Assembly (NCBI GenBank): GCA_964016885.1
Contig: OZ024741.1
Span: 73,780,001-73,844,000 of the forward strand
Direction of reading: 5' to 3'
DNA from: Eledone cirrhosa
Lineage: Eukaryota
Length of the DNA stretch: 64,000 nucleotides
The translations under genes were made by a program, and so were the position numbers. Below, in pieces: positions 43,640 through 56,097 of the stretch (within the stretch, counting starts at the first letter, position 1; every line of letters starts with the position of its first letter). The notes below the pieces were generated by a model. It was not told the origin of the DNA. It saw nothing but the letters and a program-made list of their open reading frames with translations, and made no database searches.

Positions 43640-44800
43640 GACAACGTTTTAAAGAAAAAATATTGTAAACAGAATGAATTTTATTGCCGGATTTGCGTAT
43701 TCCTCCTCGGTGTTCCATAGATATCTTCTTTTTCTCTTATTTTCTGGCTATATTGACATGAAGTAGGCAGCTGTCTTCCACAACAGTGAATTTTTTTTCA
43801 GCGTTATGTGATTAGATGTGTTTTAATTTAGTAGTGGTTTTTATTTTGGGATTCTAGCAATAGTCTTTTACTTCGTCGCTGTCAATGTGTTTAAATTTAT
43901 TCGTTGTTATTTTTTTTTTTTTTTCCACACTCCTTCCAGATTACTCTAGGTACCAGCTCATGCCTAATGGGAAGATTAGAGACGTATATGAACGCATATA
44001 CAATATGTTCATATATAATAAACATACATAAGTCTCGCCATGAGTATCTAAAGCTATGATCATGTTACAGCTACCTCAGTAACTCTGTGAGAACGCTATG
44101 GGAAGATGTTTAGTATCTGGAAAACATTTTCTCACACTTGGTAATCAGCTTGATAACATGTTGTTTGTTTTGGGTTTGCATAGCCTACATTTGTTGTCAG
44201 TTGATAATTTCCGTGGGGTTTTTTGGGGTTTTTTTTTTATTTTGCGTGGGTTGGTTCTTTATAAAGAACATGGTTGAACATTTTTGTACATAGATTGGAT
44301 GCAAATAACATTCCAAGTGAGAAGTTATAAATTTGTTGATACTTCATGTCAGTGTTTTACAGTGATTTATACCCTCCATGAACCGTGTTGTCAGTTTCAT
44401 GTACCCTTCTGTTAAATATAATTTTCTTATTTTCCTTGAAAAACAATCAGTGTCAGTTTTTATTTCATATCCCTTCTCAAATTCATTAGCTAACCTAATC
44501 GGTTGTGTTCTCAACAACTTTCTAACTCACGGAACCTCCACAGTTAGAGAGAAAAGATAAAGAACCTTAAGACGTATTGCAACAATGTTGGTAATGAGCA
44601 TTCCAATGCTTGATACGGAACCTAAAATGGTTGATACGGAATCTAAAATCGTTGAAACCGAACCTAAAATAGTTGAAACCGAACCCAAGTTAAGAAAACT
44701 TGATCGTAATGTTTTATTTTTGCGTTCATAGACTTGATTGAGATAGTTGCCCAAAATGTCAATGTGATCAGACCTGAACCACTTAGTATTTACGAAACTA
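43640..44800 (-). pseudogene. Highly decayed R4/Dong-type (RLE) LINE C-terminal remnant
   Basis: Minus-strand ITSHLECYL..I, TDNKCRLCK (knuckle start), KFTVVEDSC..VNI and IREKEDIYG resemble RLE-LINE C-termini from memory; contains a 21-bp x4 minisatellite at 44610-44690. Confidence 0.55.
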
Positions 44801-45075
44801 AATTCTTTCTTAACCCCACATTTATGGATATACGCATGTTTAGATGGTCAGGGTTGGGTACTGGTGAGACACAAAAACGAGGCTGGGGGGTTATATAGTG
44901 AAAGCAACAGCAGAATTTATTGTAAAAGGTATGGGAGAGTATATTTTTTTAAATATAACTAGAAGGGAAGATTGGTGGATATATTTAAAATAATAAACCA
45001 GGCATAACAAGAGTATAAAAGTGAAATAATTTACAGTGAAGAAAAAGAATAATATAATTTAAGTGTGTGTGTGAG

Positions 45076-45207
<132 letters not shown>

Positions 45208-45378
45208 GAATATATGTTGGTTGTATACCAACACCTCAGTATGCAGGCTGGTTGGGTTGTTATTTCACTGAGGAACTGGAATCATATAACAACTCAACCA
45301 GGAACTGGGCATATCAGAGTATTGACAAAATTATACACCTCAACAACATATGTACTTGTCTATACCACACTAATTCGG

Positions 45379-45433
45379 ACTGCCTGAAGAGGTCACAGCC
45401 TAAGATGGCTGTCACTGAAATATATATAGCAGT
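45379..45433 (+). ncRNA. Type I hammerhead ribozyme, intact core
   Basis: ACTGC-CTGAAGA-GGTCACAGCC(TAAGAT)GGCTGTCACT-GAAA-TATATA-TA-GCAGT then AATAAA; stem II 9 of 10 pairs; AUA triplet. Confidence 0.88.
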
Positions 45434-45586
45434 AATAAACGAAGCTAAATTTTTAACATTTGACTTTTTATTTAACTTTATTTTATATATATATAGGAAC
45501 GATCGACTTTCGTCAAATCGGACCGAGAGAACAATGTTTCCGTTGGTCTTTCCAATTGCTAGTACTATCTATCGGTCGCAACTCCA

Positions 45587-45802
45587 GGTAGAAGGAGCAA
45601 CGTGAAATAAAGTGTCTTGCTCAAGGACATAACGCATCGCCTGGTCCAGGAATCGAACTATATATATATATAAGTGAAGGCGTGTGGCTGAGTGGTTAGA
45701 GAATTGGATTCGCAATCGTAAGGTTGTGAGTTCGATTCCTGGACCAGGCGATGCGTTATGTCCTTGAGCAAGACACTTTATTTCACGTTGCTCGTTCTAC
45801 CT
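45587..45802 (+). mobile_element. Family B SINE head (45676-45802) preceded by its own ~72-bp inverted duplicate
   Basis: 45587-45659 is the near-perfect reverse complement of 45729-45801. Confidence 0.85.
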
Positions 45803-45898
45803 ATATATATATATATATATATATAAAATCAAGGTTTAGCAAATAAAGAAAAAAAAAAATAAATAAATTTCAAAAAGTTCACTGTACTTACTATATGT

Positions 45899-45980
45899 GC
45901 CTTTTCCGCGGTTTCCGATCTCAAAATAAACAGATAATCCAAGCGGTTTTTTATTGAGAAAGATATCTTCGTCAGAAGGC
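45899..45980 (-). ncRNA. Type I hammerhead with large stem II insertion (U16.1 mutated)
   Basis: GCCTT-CTGACGA-AGATATC..GAGATCG-GAAA-CCGCGG-AA-AAGGC. Confidence 0.7.
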
Positions 45981-46617
45981 TTTTCTCACTCGGAGAATAT
46001 AAAATTCTCGAGTTCAAATCACAAACTGACGCCATACAAAACTTTCCGAATGAGAGTGAATGAGAGAAGAAACAATCTTGTCTAGCGCCGTGTGCAAAGA
46101 CAGAAAGCAAGGCGGACAGGTTAATGTCCTGCTACTAAAAATAGCAACAGTTCAAACGACCAAACGTTTTCTCAACCTTAGGGAAGAATAATAATAAAAG
46201 TATGTGTTCCTACATGTAAAAAATACATACAGTGAACTTTTTGAAATTTATTTTAAAATGTTTTCTCTATTTGCTAAACCTTGATTTTATATGGTCTGGC
46301 TTGTTAATTTATTAACCTGCCATTGAACCACACTGGCATACGGTTGAACAATACTTGTATCCTTATATGTATTTTTTTACATGTAGGAACACATACTTTT
46401 ATTATTATTCTCCCCTAAGGTTGAGAAAACTTTTGGTCGTTTGAACTGCTGCTATTTTTATTAACAGGACATTAACCTGTCCGCCTTGCTTTCTGTCTTT
46501 GCACACGGCACTAGACAAGATTGTTTCTTCTCTCATTCACTCTCATTCGGGAACAGTTTTGTATGGCGCCAGTTTGTGATTTGAACTTGAGAATTTTATA
46601 TTCTCCGAGTGAGAAAA

Positions 46618-46699
46618 GCCTTCTGACGAAGATCTCTTTCTCAATGGAAATCCGCTTGGATTATCTGTTTATTTTGAGATCGGAAACCGCGATAAAGGC
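46618..46699 (+). ncRNA. Type I hammerhead with large stem II insertion
   Basis: GCCTT-CTGACGA-A-GATCTC(39 nt)GAGATC-G-GAAA-CCGCGA-TA-AAGGC; the consensus with the inverted copy restores CCGCGG-TA. Confidence 0.8.
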
Positions 46700-47254
46700 A
46701 CATATAGTAAGTACAGTGAACTTTTTGAAATTTATTTTAAAATGTTTTCTCTATTTGCTAAACCTTGATTTTATATGTTCTGGCTTGTTAATTTATTAAC
46801 CTGCCATTGAACCATACTGGCATACGGTTGGACAATACTTGTATCCCTATATGTATTTTTAACATGTAGGAACACATACTTTATATATATATATTGAAAA
46901 GGTTTGAAGCGATGGGTGCATATGAATATTCGTAAAATTGGAGTATTTTCAACGCAAAAGGTAGCCGTAAACAGCTAGATACTGTAAAAAATTTGGGTAT
47001 TAAGTTATAACCACAAATCGAACGGAGGGTGGGAGAGAGAGGGGAGGAAAGAGAGTCAACGTATGAGATGAGAAATGAGAGTGTTATAGAGAGAGAGAGA
47101 GAAGGGAAGAGGAGGAAAGGAGGAAAATGGGGAGGAGAACATTGGAGCAGGACTTGTGGAGAAAGACGGAGAGATGGATAGAATAGACTAACAAGAAAAA
47201 GGAATTTAGCGTTATCTGAAACGTCAGCTTCCCATCAGTACTTTACAATATAAT

Positions 47255-47433
47255 ACTTGTTTCTACTTTAGGCACAAGGCCAGCAATTACCCAGTGCATT
47301 ACTGGTACTTTATTTTATCGACCCCGTAAGGATGAAAGGCAAAGTCAACCTCGGCGGGATTTGAACTCAGATCGTAAAGGGACGTAACTATGCTTGAAAG
47401 CATGGCGTCCGACCCTCTACCGATACTGCCAAT
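47255..47433 (-). mobile_element. Family A SINE
   Basis: Reverse complement of 11669-11857. Confidence 0.9.
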
Positions 47434-48097
47434 AATACTGTAACATAGTTTCGCGCGCAAGAGAAGGACTATGTCTAAAAATATTGACCGCCCAACAGGA
47501 ATCAAATCTGTTGTTCAAACGCTAGAATAGAGGAATGAAAGAGCAATGGGGGACGTCCGCCTCAAGCCGAAATCGGCGAAAGAAAGGCTGTTTGCTGTTG
47601 GAAAGGGAGCAGCCACAACAGTAAGTAACAGCAGCAGCAGTGGCAAAAATGAAGGGAGGCAATGGTGGGAGATACAAAGATAAAGCATGTTTGCTATTTG
47701 AACGGGAACAGCAGCAGCAGTAAGCGGAAGAAATGAAGTTGGGTAAAATTTAATTTTCTTTTTTTTTCCTGTCTTTCAAGAGACATTTGGAGAGGTTGCT
47801 GTCGATATCTTGCTTTGTGTGTTTTGCTACTGGAAAGATGTTAATTTGTGGATATGATGTGTGGGACAGGTATATGAATGTGTGGGTAGATGAGTAGAGA
47901 GGGGGTGAGATTGGAGGTGCGGACGTGTGTGGGGGGAATGTAAGGAAGAGTTGAAAGGAAGAGAAAGAAACAAATTACAGGAGAGATAGACATATTTGTG
48001 GTGTGGGCGTGTGAGGGGTGTAGTATATAATATATTACGGAAGGGAGAAAGGAGAGATGTTTCAGAGATTGTTTCCTCATCAAATAAATAGGCGGAT

Positions 48098-48144
48098 TTA
48101 TCTTCTGATGCGGAGACAATAAGGTCTGAAACACGTAAAGGTAA
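48098..48144 (+). ncRNA. Hammerhead-like motif with variant core (CUGAUGCGG)
   Basis: TTATCTT-CTGATGCGG-AGAC(AATAAG)GTCT-GAAA-CACG-TA-AAGGTAA: 7-bp stem I, 4-bp stem II, A9 absent. Confidence 0.6.
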
Positions 48145-48297
48145 TATCTTATATTTTTCTGTATACTGAAGGAATTGTGGAGCATGTTTACACTTTTGTT
48201 TCGTAGAGCGAGGCTTCAAATTCGAAACTTTATTTATATCTATATCTATATTAAATTTATCTTACGTCTGCCTACACACACACACACACACACACAC

Positions 48298-48352
<55 letters not shown>

Positions 48353-48382
48353 CACACACGGATACACAGACACAGACACACA

Positions 48383-48418
<36 letters not shown>

Positions 48419-48423
<5 letters not shown>

Positions 48424-48610
48424 AACCAGTAAGACCCCGACAGCTGAGCTCAAGCCGTCCCGACGGCTAACCCTGGACAGGGTTAGCCGTCGGGACGGCT
48501 TGAGCTCAGCTGTCGGGGTCTTACTGGTTCCTATTACCCACTCTACTACCTCAAGTATTGAGTACTTTGGTGAGTTATGGTCCACCTGGTTCCTTACCAC
48601 ATTTCCTTCG

Positions 48611-48612
<2 letters not shown>
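48419..48612 (-). mobile_element. Small hairpin-ended element with a perfect 57-bp-arm palindrome
   Basis: 48419-48475 and 48478-48534 form a perfect inverted repeat with a 2-nt spacer; 48560-48612 is the reverse complement of 62700-62753. Confidence 0.8.
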
Positions 48613-48642
<30 letters not shown>

Positions 48643-48646
<4 letters not shown>

Positions 48647-48823
48647 GTTTCTACTTTTGGCACAAGGCCAGCAATTAACCAGTGCATTACTGGTACTTTA
48701 TTTTAAAGACCCCGTTAGGATGAAACGCAAAGTTAACCTCGGCGGGATTTGAACACAGAATGACAAGGGCCGTAACTCTATGCGTCAAAGCATGGCGTCC
48801 GACCCTCTACCGACACTGCCAAT
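48643..48823 (-). mobile_element. Family A SINE
   Basis: Reverse complement of 11669-11857. Confidence 0.9.
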
Positions 48824-49400
48824 GCTGCTTGAATGCCCCACATGTTTTTCCTCAAAAAAAAATGTCCCATTCTTTCCTCTACGCACTATTTTTCTATTCT
48901 ATTATTTCTCATTCTTTGTTTTGATGAAGGATTAGTGTCCAAAACGTTAAGACTCTATATACTATATCACGCGTTAAATTAAACTAACATATTTCTTCCT
49001 TGTACAGTATTGTTTGCTTTGTCGTTTCCATTTACTATATATATATAGGTATATATGTGTTATAGAGAACTATGTGTTTGTGTCTATATGATATTAGGTG
49101 TGTATATTATTATGTGTGTATATGTATGCACACATCTGTCTGCGCACGTGTGTGTGTATGTAGATAAATGAATTTTTCAAAGTTTCTTAGAACAAAATAC
49201 ATTTTATCCATAATTGAATAGTTCTGTTACGTGGCGTGGAATTAAGTTCAATTATAAAACACATACAAATACTCATACACAAACTCACAGACACACATAA
49301 TTACATTGATGCATATACACATGTATTCACACACACACACTCACACCATATATATATATATATATATATACGTATGTACGTATGTACATGCATGTATGTA

Positions 49401-49470
<70 letters not shown>

Positions 49471-49894
49471 TACATATATGCATGTACATACGTACATACG
49501 TACATACATACATACATACATACATACATACATACATACATACATACATACATACATACATACATACATACATACATACACCATTTGTTTTTGACAGCTG
49601 TGTTAACAAACACCAATTATTATTAACTTTATTTCTATACTCGTACACCTTACTTTGTATACATATGTATGTATGTTCTTCGGATTTTATAATTTGATAA
49701 ATTTTTACCAATAGAGAGAGAGTCGCTTTCTAACATAGAAACAAGACTCTTTCATTGGAATTTAGATAACACCAACTAGGTAGATATGTATCTATGTATG
49801 CATGTATGCGTGTGTATGTATGTATGTATGTATGTATGTATGTATGTATGTATGTATGTATGTATGCTCTTCTGGTTTTATTATTTTATAAATG

Positions 49895-49988
49895 CGGTTA
49901 ACTTTGCCTTTCATCCTTACAGGGTCGATAAAATAAAGTACCAGTAATTCACTTGGTAATTGCTGGCCTTGTGCCAAAAGTAGAAACA
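49895..49988 (+). mobile_element. 5'-truncated family A SINE with 15-bp TSD
   Basis: ATTATTTTATAAATG at 49880-49894 and 49989-50003; sits inside an older ~200-bp local duplication. Confidence 0.85.
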
Positions 49989-50248
49989 ATTATTTTATAA
50001 ATGTTCACCAATAGAGACAGAGATGGCTTCTAACCTAGAAACAAGACTCGTTCATTGCGATTTAGACAACATCAACTAGGTGAATACGTATGTGTTTCAG
50101 TATGTGTGCAGGTATGGGTGTTTTGAGAATCTGCCTGTTTTGAGTTATATTTGTACATGTGCATATGTTTCTGTAACCATAGGTGTGCATAAGCTGTTAT
50201 TTCATATTAAAATTGTGAAATGTTTTACATATTTTTAGTTCTATTAAT

Positions 50249-50434
50249 TGTTTATACTTTTGGCACAAGGCCAGCAATTACCCCAGTGCATTACTGGTAC
50301 TTTATTTTATCGACCCCGTAAGGATGAAAGGCAAAGTCAACCTCGGCGGGATTTGAACTCAGATCGTAAAGGGACGTAACTTGATGCTACAAAGCATGGC
50401 GTCTGACCCTCTACCGATACTGCTAATCCACCTC
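50249..50434 (-). mobile_element. Family A SINE with 12-bp TSD
   Basis: AGTTCTATTAAT at 50237-50248 and 50435-50446. Confidence 0.9.
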
Positions 50435-50729
50435 AGTTCTATTAATGGACTGTACTTGCAACTGTAGGTTGGTTGTTGCTTTACCAGGAGGGTTAGTGTA
50501 TGGTGTTGAACGACGTGTTTGAATATTAATCTATGTTTTGTGCGATGTGAGTATGGTTTATTATAAGATTACGACTTGCGTTTGCTTGAATTCGTACATA
50601 GCATCGGTTCGGTGTAGATGTGTGGACCCTCGGATTTTGTAGATGTGTGGAGACTCGGAGATTTCTTCAGTAGGAATAACAAAGGCGGGAAGGGAAGAGG
50701 ACCCTCGGAGTTACAGATAAGCACCTCTC

Positions 50730-51634
50730 AACTGTTTGAATTTATAGAAAAGCAATCTCATGACACTGAAGGATGTTTTGTTCCTTCATCATTTTCTACT
50801 GTTGTGGAAAACATTGTAAGCTTAATTAATTAAGTTTCCTAATTTACAAACCCACCATTCCAGTGAGGAGTGGCTGTATGAAAGAGCAATCCTTGCTCCT
50901 CAAAACTTCATAGTAAATGCCGTCAACAAAAATCTCTCACAAATTATCCCTGGAGGTAGCTCGACCTACAAATGAATCAACAAAGTTGTCGACGAAGACG
51001 AAGCTGTTCATTATCCTGTTGAATTTCTCAGCAGTCCGGTATGTTGCCACACAACCTTGATCAGCCAAGATTGTTCAATGGGGCACGTATGGTTGTGTCT
51101 GAGCTACAGCCTCACATTAACGAAGCCAAAATCCTCACTGAATGTTGTAAAGGAGACATTGTATTTATACCTAGAATACCGCTAATACCAACAGATGTCC
51201 CCTTTCATCTCAAACAATTGCATTTCCCAGTGAGAGTCAGTTACTCAAGGGCCATTAACAAGTTCCAAGGTCAAACACTGCAGGCTGTTGGTCTCCATCT
51301 AGAAGAGGGCTGTTTCTCACATGATCAATTGTATGTAGGTTATTCCAGAAAAAGGAGCCCCCACGGATTCTTCATATATGCCTAAAAAAAAATGGTTAAA
51401 AACATTTTATGTACTGAAGTTCTGTAAATCTTTTATAATTTTCGTAGAATACATTTTCTATTATTTTCTATATTACTTTCTGTATTTAGATATTCTAAAT
51501 AAATATTTAAATAAACTTTAAAAATTATGTTATGTAATATTTGAATACCTGGACATTATGATAGATGTCAATAAATGCCTTATAAATAAATTTTAGCACA
51601 GTACAGACCGACGCAAAGGCCGGGAGGCTGCTAG
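50730..51634 (+). mobile_element. Helitron 3' fragment: PIF1-type helicase C-terminus pseudogene, subterminal hairpin and CTAG end
   Basis: WLYERAILAP.N, YPVEFL, PRL.NG.R, VFIPRIPL, FPVR.S..AINK.QGQTL..VG..L..CFSH.QLYV..SR; imperfect CCG..CGG hairpin then CTAG|T at 51631-51635. Confidence 0.92.
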
Positions 51635-51653
51635 TATATATATATATATATTT

Positions 51654-51728
<75 letters not shown>

Positions 51729-51904
51729 TTCATGTACGAGTGTGTATATGTGTGTGTGTGTGTGTATGTGTGTGTGTGCTTTTATGTACGAGTGTGTATA
51801 TGTAAGTGTGTGTGTGCATATATATGCCTTATTCGTTATATTTACGTAATGTGTGATGCTCTTCGCACAACAATATAAAGAAAGAATAGAAAATTTTAAA
51901 ATTT

Positions 51905-52207
51905 AACACCATCATCATTATCATTACTACCACCAGCATCATCAACATCATCACCGTCATCACCAACATCCTCATCGCCATCATCACCATTGCTGTCATC
52001 CTTATCGCCATCATCATCATAATCAGCACTATCATCATCACCGCCCATATCATCATCACAACCACCAACATCGTCACCAACAATACTACCATCATCGCCA
52101 CCACCACCAGCATCATCATCATCATCATCATCATCATCGTCGTCGTCTTCTTCTTCTTCTTCTTCTTCTTCTTCTTCTTCTTCTTCTTCTTCTTCTTCTT
52201 CTTCTTC
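51905..52207. repeat. Degenerate (CAT)n followed by pure (CTT)n
   Basis: Direct reading. Confidence 0.95.
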
Positions 52208-52254
52208 CAACGACCGAACCGCACCAATCCCTACTCCTTTCCCATCTCCACCTG

Positions 52255-54797
52255 CACCACCATCACAACCGACTCCAAACCATTACCACCAATGGCATTA
52301 CCACACTAATCCATTCTCCCCACCTTCACATCCAGCATTACCAACAAATCTACCACCACCACCATCACAACTATGAGTACCACCAACACCGTCAACCACT
52401 ACAACCAACAACACCAGCACAACCAACAACAATACCACCACCACAACCAACGACACCACCAATATAACCAACAACACCACCACAACCACAACCAACAATA
52501 CCACCACCATAACTAACAACACCACCACCGCAACCAACAACACCACCACCATCACCAACAACACCACCACTACAACCAACAACACCACCACTACAACTAC
52601 AACCATCACCACCACCACTGCAACCAACAACACCACCACCATCACCAACACCACTACCACCGCAACCAACAACACCACCACCATAACCAACCCTACCACC
52701 ACCACCACAACCGACAACACCACCACAACCATCATCACTACCACTACCCCCACAACCAACACCACCACCACCACCACAACCAACAGCACCACCACTAAAA
52801 CCAACAACACCACCACTACAACCAACAACACCACCACTACAACTACAACCAACACCACCACCACCATAACCAACACCACCACCACCATAACCACCACCAC
52901 CACCACCACCACCGCAACCAACAACACCACCACCAACACAACAACCAAAACCACCACCACCACCATCACCACCACCACCACCACTACCACCACCACAACC
53001 AACAACACTACCACCACTACAAACAACAACACCACCACTACAACTACAACCCAAAACACCACCACCACAACCAACACCACCACCACCACAACCAACAACA
53101 ACACCACCATAACCAGCAATACCACCACCACAACCAAGAACACCACTACGACAACCAAGAACACCACCACCACAACCAACAACACCCCACCATAACCAAC
53201 CACACCACCATCACCACCACAACCAACAACACCACCACCAGAACCAACACCAGCACCACCAGCACCACAACCATCATCACCACTACCAACACCACTACCA
53301 CCACCACCATTGCCAACACTACCACCACCACCACAACCAACAATAGCACCACTACAACTACAACCAACACCACCACCACCATAACCAGCACTACCACCAC
53401 CACCACAACCAACACCGCCACCACAACAACCAACAACACCACTACCACCACTGAAACCATCACCACCACTAACACCAACACTACCACCACCTCCACAACC
53501 AACAACACCACCACCATAACCAACCCTACCACCACCACCATAACCATCACCACCACCACCACAACCAACACTACCACCGGCACCACAACCAACAACACCA
53601 CCAACATAACCAACCCTACCACCACCACCATAACCTTCACCACCACCATAACCATCACCACCACCACCACAACCAACACTACCACCACCACCACAACTTA
53701 CAACACCACCACTACAACTACAACCAACAACACCACCACCATAACCAACCCTACCACCACCACCACCATAACCATCACCACCACCACCATAACGAACAAG
53801 ACTACCACCACCACAACCAACAACACTACCACCATAACCAACACCACCACCACAATAACCAACACCACCACCACCATCACCACAACGAACAACACCACCA
53901 CCACCACCACCATCATCACCACCACCATAACCACCACCACCACCACAACCAACACCGCCACCACCACCATAACCAACACTACCACCACCACAACCAACAC
54001 CAACACCACCAACACCACCAACACCACCACCACAACCATCACCACAACTAACACCACCACCACCATAACCACCACCACAACCAACACCACCACCACCAAC
54101 ACCACCACCACCACCACCATAACCAACACTACCACCACCACAACCAACACCACCACCACCAACACCACCACCACCACAACCATCACCACAACCAACACCA
54201 CCAACACCACCACCATAACCACCAACACCACCACTACAACTACAACCACCACCACAACAACAACAACCATCATCACTACTACCACAACCAACACCACCTC
54301 CACCACCACAACCAACAACACCGCCACCATAACCAACAACACCACCACCATAACCAACAACACCACCACCACAACCAATACCACCACAACCAACACCACC
54401 ACTACAACAACCAACAACACCACCACCATAACCAACAACACCACCGCCATAACCAACAACACCACCACCACAACCAATACCACCACAACCAACACCACCA
54501 CCACAAAAACCAACAACACCACCACCATAACCAACAACACCACCACCACAACCAACACCAACACCACCACAACCAACAACACCACCACCACCAAAACCAA
54601 CACTACCACCACCACCACCACCACCATAACCAACACTACCACCACCACAACCAACACCACCACCACCAACAACACCAACAACACCAACACCACCAACAAC
54701 ACCAACACCACCACAACCAACAACACCACCACCACCAAAACCAACACCACCTCTACCACCACCACCACAACCATCATCACTACCACTACCACCCAAT
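52255..54797. repeat. 2.5-kb cryptic (ACC/AAC)n trinucleotide tract, GGT-phased on the minus strand
   Basis: Recurrent ACCACCACAACCAAC and ACCACCATAACCAAC modules; reads as Gly/Val/Cys/Tyr on the minus strand. Confidence 0.9.
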
Positions 54798-55285
54798 GTC
54801 ACCCCAGGACCAGTTGAAGGAAATACAGAGAGAAGAGAGCGTGTAGTGGGATTGGGGCGTGTGTTGAATTATTTCCTTTTAACAGCACCATTGGTTGTTT
54901 TCAATTGAGATGATTAGTGAAAGAGAGAGAGGGGGTTTGAGAGAAGCAAGGGAGCAAAGGGGTGGAAGTGGTGGAGTCATCAAAACCTTCGACAGTTTAT
55001 TCAACTTCTAGGGCTTCAGCAAAAGTGTTTATTAGTTTAAAAGTTAAACCAGGAACCCTTATCAAAATTGGTTTTGTCAACGAATGCTTTTGATGTGAGA
55101 CTGAGCTATCCGCTACCACCACCACCACTGCTTGCTTGCCTGTGTGTGTAGGTGTGTGTGTGTGTATGTGTGTGTAGGTGTGTGTGTGTGTGAGAGAGAG
55201 CGCGTCTGTGTGTGTGTATATATCTGTGGGTGTCTCTGTGCGTATCTAGGTATGTGTGTGTGAGAGAAAGAGAAACACACACTCT

Positions 55286-55319
<34 letters not shown>

Positions 55320-55320
55320 C

Positions 55321-55372
<52 letters not shown>

Positions 55373-55607
55373 TAAGAGTGTGCTTGAATGTGTGTGTAAA
55401 TGTGTCTGTGAAAGAGTGCGCATATGTATGCACGCGCGTATTGTATAATGTGCGTATGAATGTGTATTGCAGTTGCGTATGTTTATATGTATGTTTATAT
55501 GTATGTGTGTATGCGTATATGTGCATTAATGTTTGTATGCCTGTTTTATGCTTGCATGTATAACATGTGAGTAGGTGTATGTGTGTGTTTGAATATGTAG
55601 TATTGCG

Positions 55608-55835
55608 TCTACAAATGTAGTGGTTAGTGTGCTGGGTTCACGATCGTATGGTCGTGAGTTCAATTCTCGGACCGAGCAGCCCGTTGTGTCCTTCAGCTAA
55701 ACACTTTATTTCACGTTCCTTCGGTTCATTCAGTTGACAAAAATAAATTGCCCCTATAAATCAATGAGCCAGCCTTGTCATATATTGAGTCACGTTGAAT
55801 CTCCCGCAGAACTACGTTAAGGATGCACATGTCTG
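55608..55835 (+). mobile_element. Family B SINE, diverged
   Basis: AGTGGTTAG..GTGAGTTCAATTC..GTTGTGTCCTT..ACACTTTATTTCACGTT. Confidence 0.75.
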
Positions 55836-55963
55836 GGGAATCTTATACATTGATTTTGCGATACATACAATTCTGTTGTTCAAACAACAGGAGCACTCGT
55901 TGCAGATATAGAGAGGGGGAGAGTTCAAAAACGCGTATGTATGTGTAAGTGTATGTATGTGTG

Positions 55964-56083
<120 letters not shown>

Positions 56084-56097
56084 TACACACACAAATA

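Larger units (their letters stand above)
45826..46882 (+). mobile_element. Hammerhead-containing element: 484-bp monomer, ~170-bp terminal redundancy, ~400-bp 5' inverted copy
   Basis: 46228-46400 repeats at 46712-46882; 45826-46229 is the reverse complement of ~46367-46773; HHRs at 46618(+) and 45899(-); (TA)n flanks. Confidence 0.85.

Noticed and set aside
44610-44690. 21-bp x4 repeat reading DTEPK/ETEPK
   Set aside because: A short minisatellite inside a decayed LINE, with no enclosing credible ORF.
51829-52227. Poly-E/D or poly-K/M protein
   Set aside because: These are (CTT)n and (CAT)n microsatellite translations.
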